Source: Pseudomonadota bacterium
GTDB lineage: Bacteria; Pseudomonadota; Alphaproteobacteria; Rickettsiales; UBA1997
Length of the DNA: 59,723 nucleotides
Assembly: GCA_040384945.1 (NCBI GenBank)
Contig: JAZKII010000013.1
Span: forward strand, 1 to 59,723
Direction: 5' to 3'
In this document: positions 44,246-54,278 of the stretch, piece by piece
How the letters are laid out: each line of letters starts with the position of its first letter
Position numbering within the stretch: the first letter of the stretch is position 1
The notes under the pieces: model-generated
What the model saw: the letters and a program-made list of their open reading frames with translations, nothing else
Told to the model about the DNA's origin: nothing
The model's database searches: none
Translations under genes and position numbers: made by a program

Positions 44246-45637
44246 TTAAGTTTTGGAAATAACATAATCAATTCTTCTTTCCACTTCTGATTTTCCTAAA
44301 ATTTCAATCACGTCAAAAATCCCGCCAGCTGAGGCTTGGGAGAAAGTTAGAATGATGCGCAAAAGCGGGCCGAAATCTTTAATTTTTAAATTTTTCTGCG
44401 TCGCAAATTCATTTAAAGAATTTTTAATTCCGTCGTGGCTCCAATCATTTAAATCAGCAAAAACTTTTTTCAGATCGGAAATTAATAATTTTTTTTCTGT
44501 GATTATTTTTTGGTTTTCTTCATCAAATTCACCGCAAAAATTATCAAAATAAATTTCCAGATTTGTCGCTAATTCATTTAAAACAGAAGCTCTTTCTTTC
44601 ACGAATTTCAAGGCACGCGCGATTTTAATTTCTTCTGCAGCTGATGGTTTTTTACTAAAAAATTCTTCAACTAATTTTAATAATTCCGCTTCGTCTTTTT
44701 CTTTGATGTAATGTTTATTAACTGATTTCAGTTTAGTAAAATCAAAACGCGACGGCGATTTTCCGACTTTGTCAAGTGAAAACCATTCAATTGCCTGCGC
44801 ATCAGAAATCAGTTCAGAATCGCCATGCGACCAGCCCAAACGCAGTAAATAATTACGCATTGCTTCCGGCAAATATCCCATTTCCTTATATTCAATTACC
44901 GAAGTTGCACCGTGGCGTTTGGAAAGTTTTGAGCCGTCAGGTCCGTGAATTAGCGGGATATGTGCAAATTCAGGAACTTTCCAACCCATCGCTTCATAAA
45001 TAACTTTCTGGCGGAAAGCATTGGTTAAATGATCGTCACCACGAATAATATGCGAAACATTCATGTCATAATCATCAACTACAACCGCTAGCATGTAGGT
45101 TGGAGTTCCATCACCGCGCAGCATCACCAAATCATCCAGTTCCGAATTTTTGACGCGAATTTCACCTTGCACTAAATCACGAATTACCATGTCACCTTCA
45201 AGCGGCGCTTTAATGCGGATTACCGGTTTTACATTTGAAGATTGCGATTGCGCTTTGTCACGCCATTCACTTTTAAAACGAAAAACTTCTTTTTTAGCTT
45301 CAGCTTTTTCGCGCAAGTCCGCCAACTCTTCCGCCGCAGTATAACATAAATAAGCCTGATTTTTTTCGAGCAATTTTTCGGCAACTTCTTTATGACGCGC
45401 TAAATTTTTTGACTGCAAAATAAAATCGCCATCATGTTTTAATTCTAACCAATTTAGACCTTGTAAAATTGCATCGATCGCTTCCTTGGTCGATCTTTTT
45501 TCGTCGGTATCTTCAATTCTCAGTAAAAATTTTCCGCCCATATTTTTGGCAAAAAGATAATTGAACAGCGCAGTTCTAGCGCCGCCAATATGTAAATATC
45601 CGGTTGGAGATGGTGCAAAACGAGTAACTATAGACAT
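44246..45637 (-). CDS. gltX: glutamate--tRNA ligase
   Basis: 463 aa. HIGH motif (PTGYLHIGGARTALFN) and KMSKS variant KLSKR. Confidence 0.95.
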   Translation of the reverse strand: MSIVTRFAPSPTGYLHIGGARTALFNYLFAKNMGGKFLLRIEDTDEKRSTKEAIDAILQGLNWLELKHDGDFILQSKNLARHKEVAEKLLEKNQAYLCYTAAEELADLREKAEAKKEVFRFKSEWRDKAQSQSSNVKPVIRIKAPLEGDMVIRDLVQGEIRVKNSELDDLVMLRGDGTPTYMLAVVVDDYDMNVSHIIRGDDHLTNAFRQKVIYEAMGWKVPEFAHIPLIHGPDGSKLSKRHGATSVIEYKEMGYLPEAMRNYLLRLGWSHGDSELISDAQAIEWFSLDKVGKSPSRFDFTKLKSVNKHYIKEKDEAELLKLVEEFFSKKPSAAEEIKIARALKFVKERASVLNELATNLEIYFDNFCGEFDEENQKIITEKKLLISDLKKVFADLNDWSHDGIKNSLNEFATQKNLKIKDFGPLLRIILTFSQASAGGIFDVIEILGKSEVERRIDYVISKT

Positions 45638-45753
45638 AAGATTAAATTATTGAGTTTGCTTTCTTGACAATGAAACAAGCCAAAACATGATTTGGAAATG
45701 ATTTAAAAATCAATCTTACTTCAAGACAATCAAAAAGACTGAAAAAATAAAAG

Positions 45754-47460
45754 ATGGTAACATCATCAGCTAATGTCGATATTGGCGCTCGACTCATAGA
45801 AAAGAAGGTTATCTCCGAAGATCAACTAACCATTGCCCTAAAGGAACAAGCGCGTCTGAAAGGCGCGAAGACCGTTGGTGCTATCTTGGTCGAAATGGGA
45901 TTTATCTCCGAGGGTGCGCTAGGAGAAATTTTAAATGAATCAACCGGTATCAAAAAATTTGATATTAAGGCTTCGATCATTGATGCAAAATTAGTAAAAA
46001 AAGTTCCTAAAGAATTCGCCGTTCACAATAAATTAATTCCGGTTTCATACACTCACGATTCAATCACTCTCGGCATGTCCGACGTTTTTGATATTGTAGC
46101 GATTGATCAAGTACGTCGTTATTTCCCGCCAAATTTCCGCATTAATCCGGTTTACGTTGCCGAAGTAGATATCTTGCAAGCGATCGATCAATATTACGAT
46201 TACGAGATGTCGATCGAAGGTATTTTAAAAGAGATCGAAGGCAGTGCCGGTAAAACTAATATTAATGACGAAACGCAACTTCGCGGTGACTATAAATCCC
46301 CGATGGTACGTTTAGTAGATGCGATTTTAACTGACGCGGTACACCGTGGCGCATCGGATTTACACTTTGAGCCGGAAAATCTTTTCCTTAGAATTCGTTA
46401 CAGAATTGACGGAAAAATGGTGCAAGTGCGTTCGGTTCACAAAGATTATTGGTCAGCAATTGCGGTTCGTATTAAAATCATGTCGGGCATGAACATCGCA
46501 GAAAGCCGCAAAGCACAAGATGGCCGTATCAACTCAGAAATTTTGGGCAGAAAAATCGACTTTCGTGTTTCAACTCAGCCCACAATTTATAGTGAAAATA
46601 TCGTAATGCGTATTTTGGATGAAAAATCGTCCATTTTGTCGCTCGATAAACTTGGTTTTTCGGAACATAGTATCAATTTGTTAAAGAAAGTGGTGCAACG
46701 TCCAGAAGGCGTAATCATTCTTACCGGTCCGACAGGTTCTGGTAAAACCACTACTCTTTACACGATTTTAAATCACATCAACTCGATCGATAAAAATATC
46801 ATGACTTTGGAAGATCCGGTGGAATATCACATTCCCCTGATTCGCCAGTCAAATATCAGAACTGACGTGGGTATGGATTTCGCATCAGGTATCAAAGCCT
46901 TGCTACGTCAAGATCCCGACGTAATTCTAGTCGGTGAGATTCGTGATAAAGATACCGCAATCGCCGCAATTCAAGCTGCGATGACTGGTCACCAAGTATA
47001 TAGCTCGCTGCACACTAACGACGCTTTAGCAGCAATTCCGCGTTTGATGAATATCGGTGTACCAAATTATTTAATGGCCGGATCCTTGATTTGTATAGTT
47101 GGACAACGTCTTGCTAGAAAATTATGTCCACATTGTAAAAAAGAACATCCTCTTGATAGTTTCGAAAAAAGACTTTTAGGTCCAAAACACAGTAATATTG
47201 ATAAAATCTTTAAAGCCGTGGGCTGCGAAAAATGTCGCGGTGGTTATAAAGGTCGTATAGTAGTTTGCGAACTCCTGCCTTTTGACCGCGAACTCGACGA
47301 ACTAGTTGTAAACGAAGCCAGTCGTAAAGAATTGTTAACTCATGCTTTGAAAGAAGGCTTTGTACCAATGGTTGAAGACGGTATTCAAAAAGTACTAGCC
47401 GGAATTACTGATTTAAAAGAATTGATGAGGGTGGTTGATATGACGGATAGGATGAACTAA
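45754..47460 (+). CDS. GspE/PilB-family type II secretion / type IV pilus assembly ATPase
   Basis: 568 aa. N-terminal GSPII_E_N-like domain, Walker A GPTGSGKTTT, Asp box and Walker B (ILVGEIRD), and tetracysteine CPHC...CEKC. Confidence 0.85.
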   Translation: MVTSSANVDIGARLIEKKVISEDQLTIALKEQARLKGAKTVGAILVEMGFISEGALGEILNESTGIKKFDIKASIIDAKLVKKVPKEFAVHNKLIPVSYTHDSITLGMSDVFDIVAIDQVRRYFPPNFRINPVYVAEVDILQAIDQYYDYEMSIEGILKEIEGSAGKTNINDETQLRGDYKSPMVRLVDAILTDAVHRGASDLHFEPENLFLRIRYRIDGKMVQVRSVHKDYWSAIAVRIKIMSGMNIAESRKAQDGRINSEILGRKIDFRVSTQPTIYSENIVMRILDEKSSILSLDKLGFSEHSINLLKKVVQRPEGVIILTGPTGSGKTTTLYTILNHINSIDKNIMTLEDPVEYHIPLIRQSNIRTDVGMDFASGIKALLRQDPDVILVGEIRDKDTAIAAIQAAMTGHQVYSSLHTNDALAAIPRLMNIGVPNYLMAGSLICIVGQRLARKLCPHCKKEHPLDSFEKRLLGPKHSNIDKIFKAVGCEKCRGGYKGRIVVCELLPFDRELDELVVNEASRKELLTHALKEGFVPMVEDGIQKVLAGITDLKELMRVVDMTDRMN

Positions 47461-47501
47461 ATAATATCCGTATTCTTCTTTAAAAATTCAAAATTCCAAA
47501 A

Positions 47502-47969
47502 ATGACCAGACTTTCAAAATCTAATAAACCTCTCGAAGAAAAATTTTCTGACTTCTCAAAAACATTCATCGGCAAGCCTTATGTTGCAAGAACTGATGAC
47601 ATTATCGTTACAGTTTGGCCGGAATTTATCGACAGCAAATCCAGCATAATCGGCGATCTTTATATTTGGGCTTATCATGTGCGCCTCGACAATAAAAGAA
47701 CTGAGTCAGTTAAATTAACCAGCCGCTATTGGCGCATTATTGATGAGCAAGGTATTGTACAAGAAGTTAATGGTGAAGGTGTTGTCGGCGAACAGCCTAC
47801 AATCGCTCCGGGCGCTTCTTACCAATATTCCAGCGGCGTACATTTGCGTTGCCCTTCTGGAATCATGACCGGAACTTATCAAATGCAAAAAAATAACCTC
47901 GAAAATTTTGAAGTTAAAATTCCGACTTTTTCTTTGGATGTTCCAAGCGTTAAAAGCGTAATCAATTAA
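47502..47969 (+). CDS. apaG: ApaG (DUF525) protein
   Basis: 155 aa. ...YIWAYHVRLDNKRTESVKLTSRYWRIIDEQG...GEGVVGEQPTIAPGASYQYSSG... matches the ApaG pattern. ~25-aa N-terminal extension. Confidence 0.8.
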   Translation: MTRLSKSNKPLEEKFSDFSKTFIGKPYVARTDDIIVTVWPEFIDSKSSIIGDLYIWAYHVRLDNKRTESVKLTSRYWRIIDEQGIVQEVNGEGVVGEQPTIAPGASYQYSSGVHLRCPSGIMTGTYQMQKNNLENFEVKIPTFSLDVPSVKSVIN

Positions 47970-47973
47970 TTTT

Positions 47974-48624
47974 GTGACCCTGATTCTAGCCTTTGATACC
48001 AGCGCTTCCGGCTTTTCTGTTGCTTTGCTTGCGGATAAAAAAATCCTGTCCAAAACTGTAATTTCTGAAAGTGGAAAACAAGCAGAATTATTAATTCCGG
48101 AAATCGAAAAAATTCTGCTTAAAAATAAAATCTGGTATCAGGATTTAGATTTAATCGCTACAACCAACGGTCCCGGCAGTTTCACCGGCACCAGAATTGG
48201 CCTTTCCGCCGCCCGCACTTTAAAACTTTCAACCAATCTGCCTTTAATTTTAGTAAATTCCTGCGCGGCAATTGCTTATAAATATCGTGAAAAAAGTGAG
48301 AAAGTTTTTGTGTTGCTTGACGCAAAAGCCGGTGATTTTTTTTACTCAAGATATGGAGAACATCCTAGTCTGGCAAGGTTCGAAGATTTAGCACAAATAT
48401 TTCCCCAAGAAAAATTCTTTCTTTGCGGTTCCGGTAAAAAAATCGCCGCCGAAATTTTAGAAAAAGAAAATTTCGATTTTGAAATGTCGGATGAAACAGA
48501 TGAAATTGAAGCTGATTTAATTGCACTTTTGGCGTTAGAAAAATTTACCGAAAATCAAAAAGATTCGGAAAGTTTAGAACCAATTTACCTTAGAGCGCCA
48601 AGAGTTACGGAGAGGAAGAAATAA
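47974..48624 (+). CDS. tsaB: tRNA t6A37 biosynthesis protein TsaB (YeaZ)
   Basis: 216 aa. GTG start. ILAFDTS...S.AL, ...TNGPGSFTGTRIGLSAAR... motif. Confidence 0.8.
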   Translation: MTLILAFDTSASGFSVALLADKKILSKTVISESGKQAELLIPEIEKILLKNKIWYQDLDLIATTNGPGSFTGTRIGLSAARTLKLSTNLPLILVNSCAAIAYKYREKSEKVFVLLDAKAGDFFYSRYGEHPSLARFEDLAQIFPQEKFFLCGSGKKIAAEILEKENFDFEMSDETDEIEADLIALLALEKFTENQKDSESLEPIYLRAPRVTERKK

Positions 48625-48630
48625 AAGAAG

Positions 48631-48705
48631 TGGAGGCCGGGGTCGGAATCGAACCGACGGATAAAAGCTTTGCAGGCTCTTGCATTACCACTTTGCTACC
48701 CAGCC
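48631..48705 (-). tRNA. tRNA-Cys (anticodon GCA)
   Basis: Hand-folded 75-nt cloverleaf. Acceptor stem GGCTGGG/CCCGGCC. Anticodon stem AGAGC/GCTTT with loop CT-GCA-AA. T arm GTCGG-TTCGATT-CCGAC. Discriminator U and encoded CCA. Confidence 0.9.
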
Positions 48706-48842
48706 ACTTTTGAAATGGAGATTTTTTTGTAAAACGAAGAAAAGACAATCTAAGAATCAATTCCAAGATTACAAGTTCTTCACTTTAAAAAGTTCAAAAG
48801 TAAAAATGCTGCATCAATTTATAAAATAAAAATAAATCCTAA

Positions 48843-50063
48843 ATGGCTCACAATTTATACTCGCAATCTTTCAAAAATATTTCTGCGGCGAAAAATTTAA
48901 AAAAATTTGAAACTGCCTGCAAAAAACCAACCGAGGTTTTACGCAGTGAAATCAAGGCTTCGAAGCTGGCTTCAATTGATGTTATTTTTGATAAAAACGA
49001 TTTACAACAATTTACAAAATTCTCTAAACAAATTTCCTCTTACAAAAAAATCCTTGTTTTAGGTGTAGGCGGATCAAGCTTGGGCGGCAAAACTTTAAGT
49101 GCGCTAAAATTTCAAAATAAACTGGAATTTCTGGAATCAATTGATTCGACAACCGTTAAAAACTGCCTGACTAAAATTGATTTAAGAAATACATTTTTTT
49201 TGGTTATCAGCAAGTCTGGTGAAACCATCGAAACTATCTGCCAAACCTTGATAATATTGGATGAAATCAAAAAAGCCAAAATACAAAACTTCGCTTCCCA
49301 ATTTTTATTTATCACCGAATCTGAAACCAATTCTTTAGCTAAAATTGCCAAAAAAATCGGCGCTGAAATTACTTCCCATTCCAACAAAATCGGCGGCAGA
49401 TATTCTTGTTTCTCAATCGTCGGCCTTTTACCGGCACTTCTTGCCGGACTTGATGCTAAAAAAATCAGAACTGGCGCTAAAAAAGTTTTAGAAGATTTTT
49501 TGAATCACAATGAAATCAGCAATTCCTGCGCCATTCAATTAGACCTTTATGAGCAAGGCTTCACCAATAATGTTATCATGCCTTACATCGATAATTTAAA
49601 AAATTTCACCGATTGGTATCGCCAACTTTGGGCCGAATCTTTAGGAAAAAATAATTTTGGTTCAGTTCCGATTAATTCAATGGGAACCATTGACCAGCAT
49701 AGTCAATTACAACTTTATCTCGAAGGCCCGAAAGATAAATTTTTCACTTTTTTAACTGAAAAAAATTCTCCTCATAATTTTGCGATCAAGGATTTACCAG
49801 GTTGCGGAACCTTGTTTGGCGGCAAAAAATTAAGTGACATTGTGAAAGTTGAACAAGAAACCACGATTGAAGTTTTAAACCGCAAAAAATTACCGATTCG
49901 GATTTTTGAAATTGAAAATCTCGATGAAGAAGTGTTGGGCGGATTGATGATGCAAATGTTTTTGGAAACGATTTTGATTGCTTACGTAAAAGAAATTAAT
50001 CCATTTGACCAGCCAGCGGTGGAGTTGCGTAAGGAATTAGCGAAGAAGATTTTGGATAAATAA
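48843..50063 (+). CDS. pgi: glucose-6-phosphate isomerase (short form)
   Basis: 406 aa. SIS fold (GVGGSSLG, VISKSGETIET). PGI signatures IGGRYSCFSIVGL and FDQPAVELRK. Confidence 0.85.
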   Translation: MAHNLYSQSFKNISAAKNLKKFETACKKPTEVLRSEIKASKLASIDVIFDKNDLQQFTKFSKQISSYKKILVLGVGGSSLGGKTLSALKFQNKLEFLESIDSTTVKNCLTKIDLRNTFFLVISKSGETIETICQTLIILDEIKKAKIQNFASQFLFITESETNSLAKIAKKIGAEITSHSNKIGGRYSCFSIVGLLPALLAGLDAKKIRTGAKKVLEDFLNHNEISNSCAIQLDLYEQGFTNNVIMPYIDNLKNFTDWYRQLWAESLGKNNFGSVPINSMGTIDQHSQLQLYLEGPKDKFFTFLTEKNSPHNFAIKDLPGCGTLFGGKKLSDIVKVEQETTIEVLNRKKLPIRIFEIENLDEEVLGGLMMQMFLETILIAYVKEINPFDQPAVELRKELAKKILDK

Positions 50064-50074
50064 CGAATAGTTTA

Positions 50075-50171
50075 GCAGGACGGAATTTGTAATCCCGTCC
50101 TCACGTTCATGTCAAAAATAATTTGAACTGAACATGTGGACTGGGTTACAAACCCAGTCCAGCAGGAGATC
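50075..50171. repeat. family-1 double-hairpin (REPIN-like) repeat, copy D
   Basis: GCAGGACGGAA-TTTGTAA-TCCCGTCCTCACGTTCATGTCAAAAATAATTTGAACTGAACATGTGGACTGGG-TTACAAA-CCCAGTCCAGC. Lies between the pgi stop and the dsbB start. Confidence 0.85.
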
Positions 50172-50209
50172 CAGCATAGATCAAACAAAAAATTTAGATC
50201 ATCAAGCAA

Positions 50210-50740
50210 ATGAAAAATATAAAAAAAGAACCACTATTATTTCTTTTATTAGGCTCAATTTTTGCCCTCACTTTCGCCTACATCTCGCAATATGTTTTCG
50301 ATTACCAGCCTTGCATTTTATGTCTTTACCAACGCAAACCTTTTTTCGCTGTAATCGCTCTGAGCCTTATCACGCTTACTTTCCTAAAAACCAAACAAGC
50401 AAAAAAAATCTCATTTTTCTGCTGCATAATTTTTCTGTTAATTAATTGCTGCATCGCTTTCTACCACGTCGGAGTTGAGAAAAAAATATTCCGTGGCCCA
50501 ACTACTTGCTCATCAGCAGAAAATTTAAATGAAATCGACAATCTGCAAGACTTAGAAAAAGCCTTGCTAAAAACCAAAGCCATCAGATGCGATCAACCCA
50601 GCTTTGTATTTCTTAGCCTTTCAATGGCAGCGTGGAATTTTATTTACTGCCTGGCGTTGATTCTATTAGGTTTAACTTTTTATCGATCACTTGTTTCGGC
50701 TTCGCCAAAGTTGTACAAGAACGTTTCGAACAATCAGTAA
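50210..50740 (+). CDS. dsbB: disulfide bond formation protein DsbB family
   Basis: 176 aa with 4 TM segments. First periplasmic CxxC (CILCLYQR) and a second Cys pair in the large loop (TTCSS...IRCDQ). Confidence 0.75.
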   Translation: MKNIKKEPLLFLLLGSIFALTFAYISQYVFDYQPCILCLYQRKPFFAVIALSLITLTFLKTKQAKKISFFCCIIFLLINCCIAFYHVGVEKKIFRGPTTCSSAENLNEIDNLQDLEKALLKTKAIRCDQPSFVFLSLSMAAWNFIYCLALILLGLTFYRSLVSASPKLYKNVSNNQ

Positions 50741-51626
50741 GCAAGGCATTAACCGTTGTTTCAAAAAGCTGAAAAATATCGCCGCTATTAGCTCCAGCGC
50801 CAACTGTGAAAGGCAGCCAAACCACTCTGATTTTTGTTCGATCTCTTATCCAAAGTAATGTTTGTTTATCTTCATATCCTCCAAAAATTATCGCCTCAAC
50901 CGGATTAGTTTTAAGATTTTTAATCACTTCATTTAAAGCAACCTGATTAGGTTTAGCGCCGGTTGTAGCGTCGCGAAGCGTGATTATTTTTAGCCCCAGC
51001 CATTCTGCTAAAGTTGACCATGAATTATCATTAGCGATAAAACTTAAGCCTTTAAGTGGCTCAGCTTTTAACTCCCATCTTAAAATCGCCTTGTCCCATT
51101 TTTTTATGAAACTGTCATAATTAGTTTGATAGGCTATGGAATTGAGCGGATCAATAATCTTGATGCGACGCGTAAATTCAGCAGCAATTAACGCAATATA
51201 ATGCGGATTTAAATGTACGCGCTCGCCTTTCCACAAATAGCCTAATTGATTAGGACGATCGACCACCATTCCTTTCGGAATCTGCTTCTTTCCCACATAA
51301 TCAGCTGCATAAAACATAGTAATTTCACCCGACAAAAATTTTAAATTAGCACTGCTTTTTATCAAATAAGTAAGCCATTTTGATTCCAAATCATTGCCAC
51401 TGCAAAACATCATGTCGGCATCACGCGCAATCGCAACCAATGGCGGTTTAACCAATAATTTTTGGGGATTTTGGCTCGAATTTGTGGCGATTACAACATC
51501 GGCTTTGGTCTTGACAATTTGCTTGGCGACGCCCGCCCATTCTGGCTCGCAGGCTAAAATCGTCACTCTCGCTTCGGCATTGGCGCAGACCAAAATAAAG
51601 CCCAAAATTAAAAGAATTTTTTTCAT
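50640..51626 (-). CDS. TroA/ZnuA-like periplasmic metal-binding protein (orphan, divergent ligand positions)
   Basis: 328 aa. Signal peptide ...CANAEA. ZnuA-like layout (V.ILA.EP....A..I......V..., DADMMFCSGNDLESKWL, HLNPHY..., ...PNQVALNEVIK.L....V.AIIF). The first DPH-type position reads NPQ. No ABC permease or ATPase is adjacent. The 3' end overlaps dsbB by 101 nt. Confidence 0.65.
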   Translation of the reverse strand: MKKILLILGFILVCANAEARVTILACEPEWAGVAKQIVKTKADVVIATNSSQNPQKLLVKPPLVAIARDADMMFCSGNDLESKWLTYLIKSSANLKFLSGEITMFYAADYVGKKQIPKGMVVDRPNQLGYLWKGERVHLNPHYIALIAAEFTRRIKIIDPLNSIAYQTNYDSFIKKWDKAILRWELKAEPLKGLSFIANDNSWSTLAEWLGLKIITLRDATTGAKPNQVALNEVIKNLKTNPVEAIIFGGYEDKQTLLWIRDRTKIRVVWLPFTVGAGANSGDIFQLFETTVNALLTDCSKRSCTTLAKPKQVIDKKLNLIESTPGSK

Positions 51627-52130
51627 CTATTCTACCGAAAAATTAACTCGAATATCTTGCGTAGAATTAGTTGTGCTAGTTGCAAATTTCCAATTCTTCA
51701 AGCTCTTTAAAAGCAAGTGGTTGAGTCTGGGATTGGCGCAGGGCTTGATTAATTCAACCCGCAAAACCTGGCCGTCATTTGCAATGTAAAACCGCGCCAC
51801 GGCGCTGCTTGCAAAGGCTTCTTGCCGCAAATCATCAGGAATTTGCGGCAAGGGATTATAGATTGGCACAACTTTTTGCGAAGCCGCGTCACGTGAATCT
51901 TGCGCCGCTTTTTCATGAAAATGCAGCAAAGTTTCTTTCTGGTTTTTTTGCGGTTTTAAATCGTGATGTTTAGTTGATTTTTTTTCCTGCGCCGCCTGAT
52001 CAAGATTGATGACATTTATAACCGACACCGGTGGAATTTCAGTTTTTTTGGCCAACGAAAAAAACAGCGCCGCAAAAAGCAGCGCATGAATTATCAATGC
52101 CGATAAAAAACTGAAAAAATTATTTCGCAT
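51627..52130 (-). CDS. TonB-family energy transducer (short)
   Basis: About 167 aa from ATG 52130 (the track uses TTG 52136). It has an N-terminal TM anchor, a polar linker, and a C-terminal TonB-like domain ...ARFYIANDGQVLRVELIKPCANPRLNHLLLKSLKNWKF. It abuts the receptor gene. Confidence 0.65.
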   Translation of the reverse strand: MRNNFFSFLSALIIHALLFAALFFSLAKKTEIPPVSVINVINLDQAAQEKKSTKHHDLKPQKNQKETLLHFHEKAAQDSRDAASQKVVPIYNPLPQIPDDLRQEAFASSAVARFYIANDGQVLRVELIKPCANPRLNHLLLKSLKNWKFATSTTNSTQDIRVNFSVE

Positions 52131-52132
52131 TA

Positions 52133-54211
52133 TCAAAATGATTTTGAAGCAATTAAATAAAGCGTGCGTCTTGGCCCATATTGCGAAGCAGCAACACCAA
52201 TTCCGGAACCATCGTGAAGCTGATAAACTTGATCAAACAAATTTACCACCGCAACTCGAACATTAAATTTCCCGGCCGCAAATAAATTTATATCACGCGC
52301 CGCACTGAAATTTACCTGCAAGTAAGATGGCATTGCATTCAAATTATTATCTCCGGTACGAAGCCCCGAACCGTAAATTGCATCAGCGCTATATTTAGTT
52401 CCTAAAAATAAATAAGAAGCGCCGGCAGAAGCGGTGTAGCTTTGCGAGTGATCGAGTTTTACCCAATTATTGGCGATATAATTTAACTCATCATTTCCCA
52501 GTAAATATTGGCCGGAAACTACGTTTTTGCCGTAAGCTTCCTGCGCTGCAAAATTGAAAAAAGATGAAAAATTATCGCGCTGATAATCTGCTGTAAATTC
52601 AACGCCGTAAGCCTTTCCCTGCTGATAATTAAATGGTGTATAAATTACAGCATTGCCAAATTGGCCTTCATCTAAAAGGTTACGAATCTGCTTGTAATAA
52701 GCATCCACGCCCAAATTTAAATGTGACGTAACTTTATGCGAAACACCCAAATCATAATAACTGGTGCGCTCGGATTTCACTTTTCCATTAGTTAAATTTT
52801 CTGACGCATTGGTAGTATTTTGAAAATTACTCAAAGTCGTTGATGAAATTAAGGCAGTTGGCGGCGGCGTAAAATAACGCGAAAATCCGGCATGAATTTT
52901 GGTTTTTTCACTTAAATCATAAACCGCGCCAAACCTTGGGCTGAGCTGTTTCTCACTAACATAAGATTTCGAAACATCAAAACGCGCACCGTAATTTATG
53001 GTTAATTTTTTAAGTACTTTCCATTCATTTTGTATGTACGCACCATAAAGCTGGGAATGTTTGCTGCTGCTTTCATAAATACGAAATGGATCACTGGAAA
53101 GCTGTGTCCCATCAGTATCGGCAGCAAAAACTGCATTATTGCTTTGGCGTTTTGTGGCATCATCGCTGAAGAAAAAACCGGAACGTAAAATATTTTTTTC
53201 ATTGAGATTGTAACTGAAATCACCTTGAAAACCATTGGCGAAACTACTGCGGTCAATGTCGGAAGCCAGACCATTAAACATTAAATCTCCCGCATAATCC
53301 GAACGAAATTTCATGTCGCTGTAACGCGTGAAAGCTGAAACTTGATAATCAACATCGGAGCTGGAAACACCTTGCAGCGAAACAACTGCGTATTTATTGG
53401 ATTCACTTTGCTTCTCATTTAAAGCCGCAGAATTAAATCCATCAAAACCATTCAAAGTATAATTTGTTGATTGATTTGGATTGTTCGGAATTTGGAAACG
53501 ATTATCCGCATTAGCCACAATCACGTTCAAACGAGTTGTCGCATCCAGCAAATAAGAAAAATAACCAAATAATTTATCTTGGCCGGTATCGTCGTGAATT
53601 GGATTTCTGCCCGCTGTTGGCGATTCAATGCCGCGGTTATTTTGTAAGTACGAAGCACTGACATAGTAATTTAAATTTCCGCTGGCACCGCTTACTTGCT
53701 GGTTTAAACCTAGAGTATCATTTCCTCCAACCATAATTTCTGACCTGCCGCCTTTTTGAAAAGCGCCGCTTTTGGTTTTGATGTCAACCACACCTGCAGT
53801 TCTAAAACCATATTGCGCCGGCATTGCGCCGGTTAGAAAATCAATTTTATCGGCAAAATGCGTATCCAACGCCTGACCAAAACCAGAAACACCTTCAGGC
53901 AACATTACACCATTAATGCGATATTGCAGATTGGCGTGATCGCCGCGCACGTGAAGCTGTCCGTAAGAATTTTGCACAACGCCGGGAGCGCGCAATAACA
54001 CTTGATTTAGCGAAGTCATTTGACCTTGCGGCAAATTTTCAACGTCTTTTTGATTGAAAGAAAATGAACTTCCTCCTGTTGCGGGAGATAGATTATTGCG
54101 GGAATTATCGAGTTTTTTTGCGGTAACTTCGTAGTTCCAAACATCGTCGGAACTAAATGCTGCTGTGGCTAAAAAGCCAAAAAAAGAGGCGAGAATAAAT
54201 AATTTTTTCAT
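52133..54211 (-). CDS. TonB-dependent outer-membrane receptor
   Basis: 692 aa. Signal peptide ...ATAAFS. Plug-domain motifs (...LLRAPGV...QLHVRGD..NLQYRINGV...). Long beta-barrel ending ...YLIASKSF. Confidence 0.85.
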   Translation of the reverse strand: MKKLFILASFFGFLATAAFSSDDVWNYEVTAKKLDNSRNNLSPATGGSSFSFNQKDVENLPQGQMTSLNQVLLRAPGVVQNSYGQLHVRGDHANLQYRINGVMLPEGVSGFGQALDTHFADKIDFLTGAMPAQYGFRTAGVVDIKTKSGAFQKGGRSEIMVGGNDTLGLNQQVSGASGNLNYYVSASYLQNNRGIESPTAGRNPIHDDTGQDKLFGYFSYLLDATTRLNVIVANADNRFQIPNNPNQSTNYTLNGFDGFNSAALNEKQSESNKYAVVSLQGVSSSDVDYQVSAFTRYSDMKFRSDYAGDLMFNGLASDIDRSSFANGFQGDFSYNLNEKNILRSGFFFSDDATKRQSNNAVFAADTDGTQLSSDPFRIYESSSKHSQLYGAYIQNEWKVLKKLTINYGARFDVSKSYVSEKQLSPRFGAVYDLSEKTKIHAGFSRYFTPPPTALISSTTLSNFQNTTNASENLTNGKVKSERTSYYDLGVSHKVTSHLNLGVDAYYKQIRNLLDEGQFGNAVIYTPFNYQQGKAYGVEFTADYQRDNFSSFFNFAAQEAYGKNVVSGQYLLGNDELNYIANNWVKLDHSQSYTASAGASYLFLGTKYSADAIYGSGLRTGDNNLNAMPSYLQVNFSAARDINLFAAGKFNVRVAVVNLFDQVYQLHDGSGIGVAASQYGPRRTLYLIASKSF

Positions 54212-54278
54212 GAGTTATTTCTTAAATTTAAAGAAGAAATCTTGCGGCAAAAAACCGAAAAGATTTATTTTGACTTAT

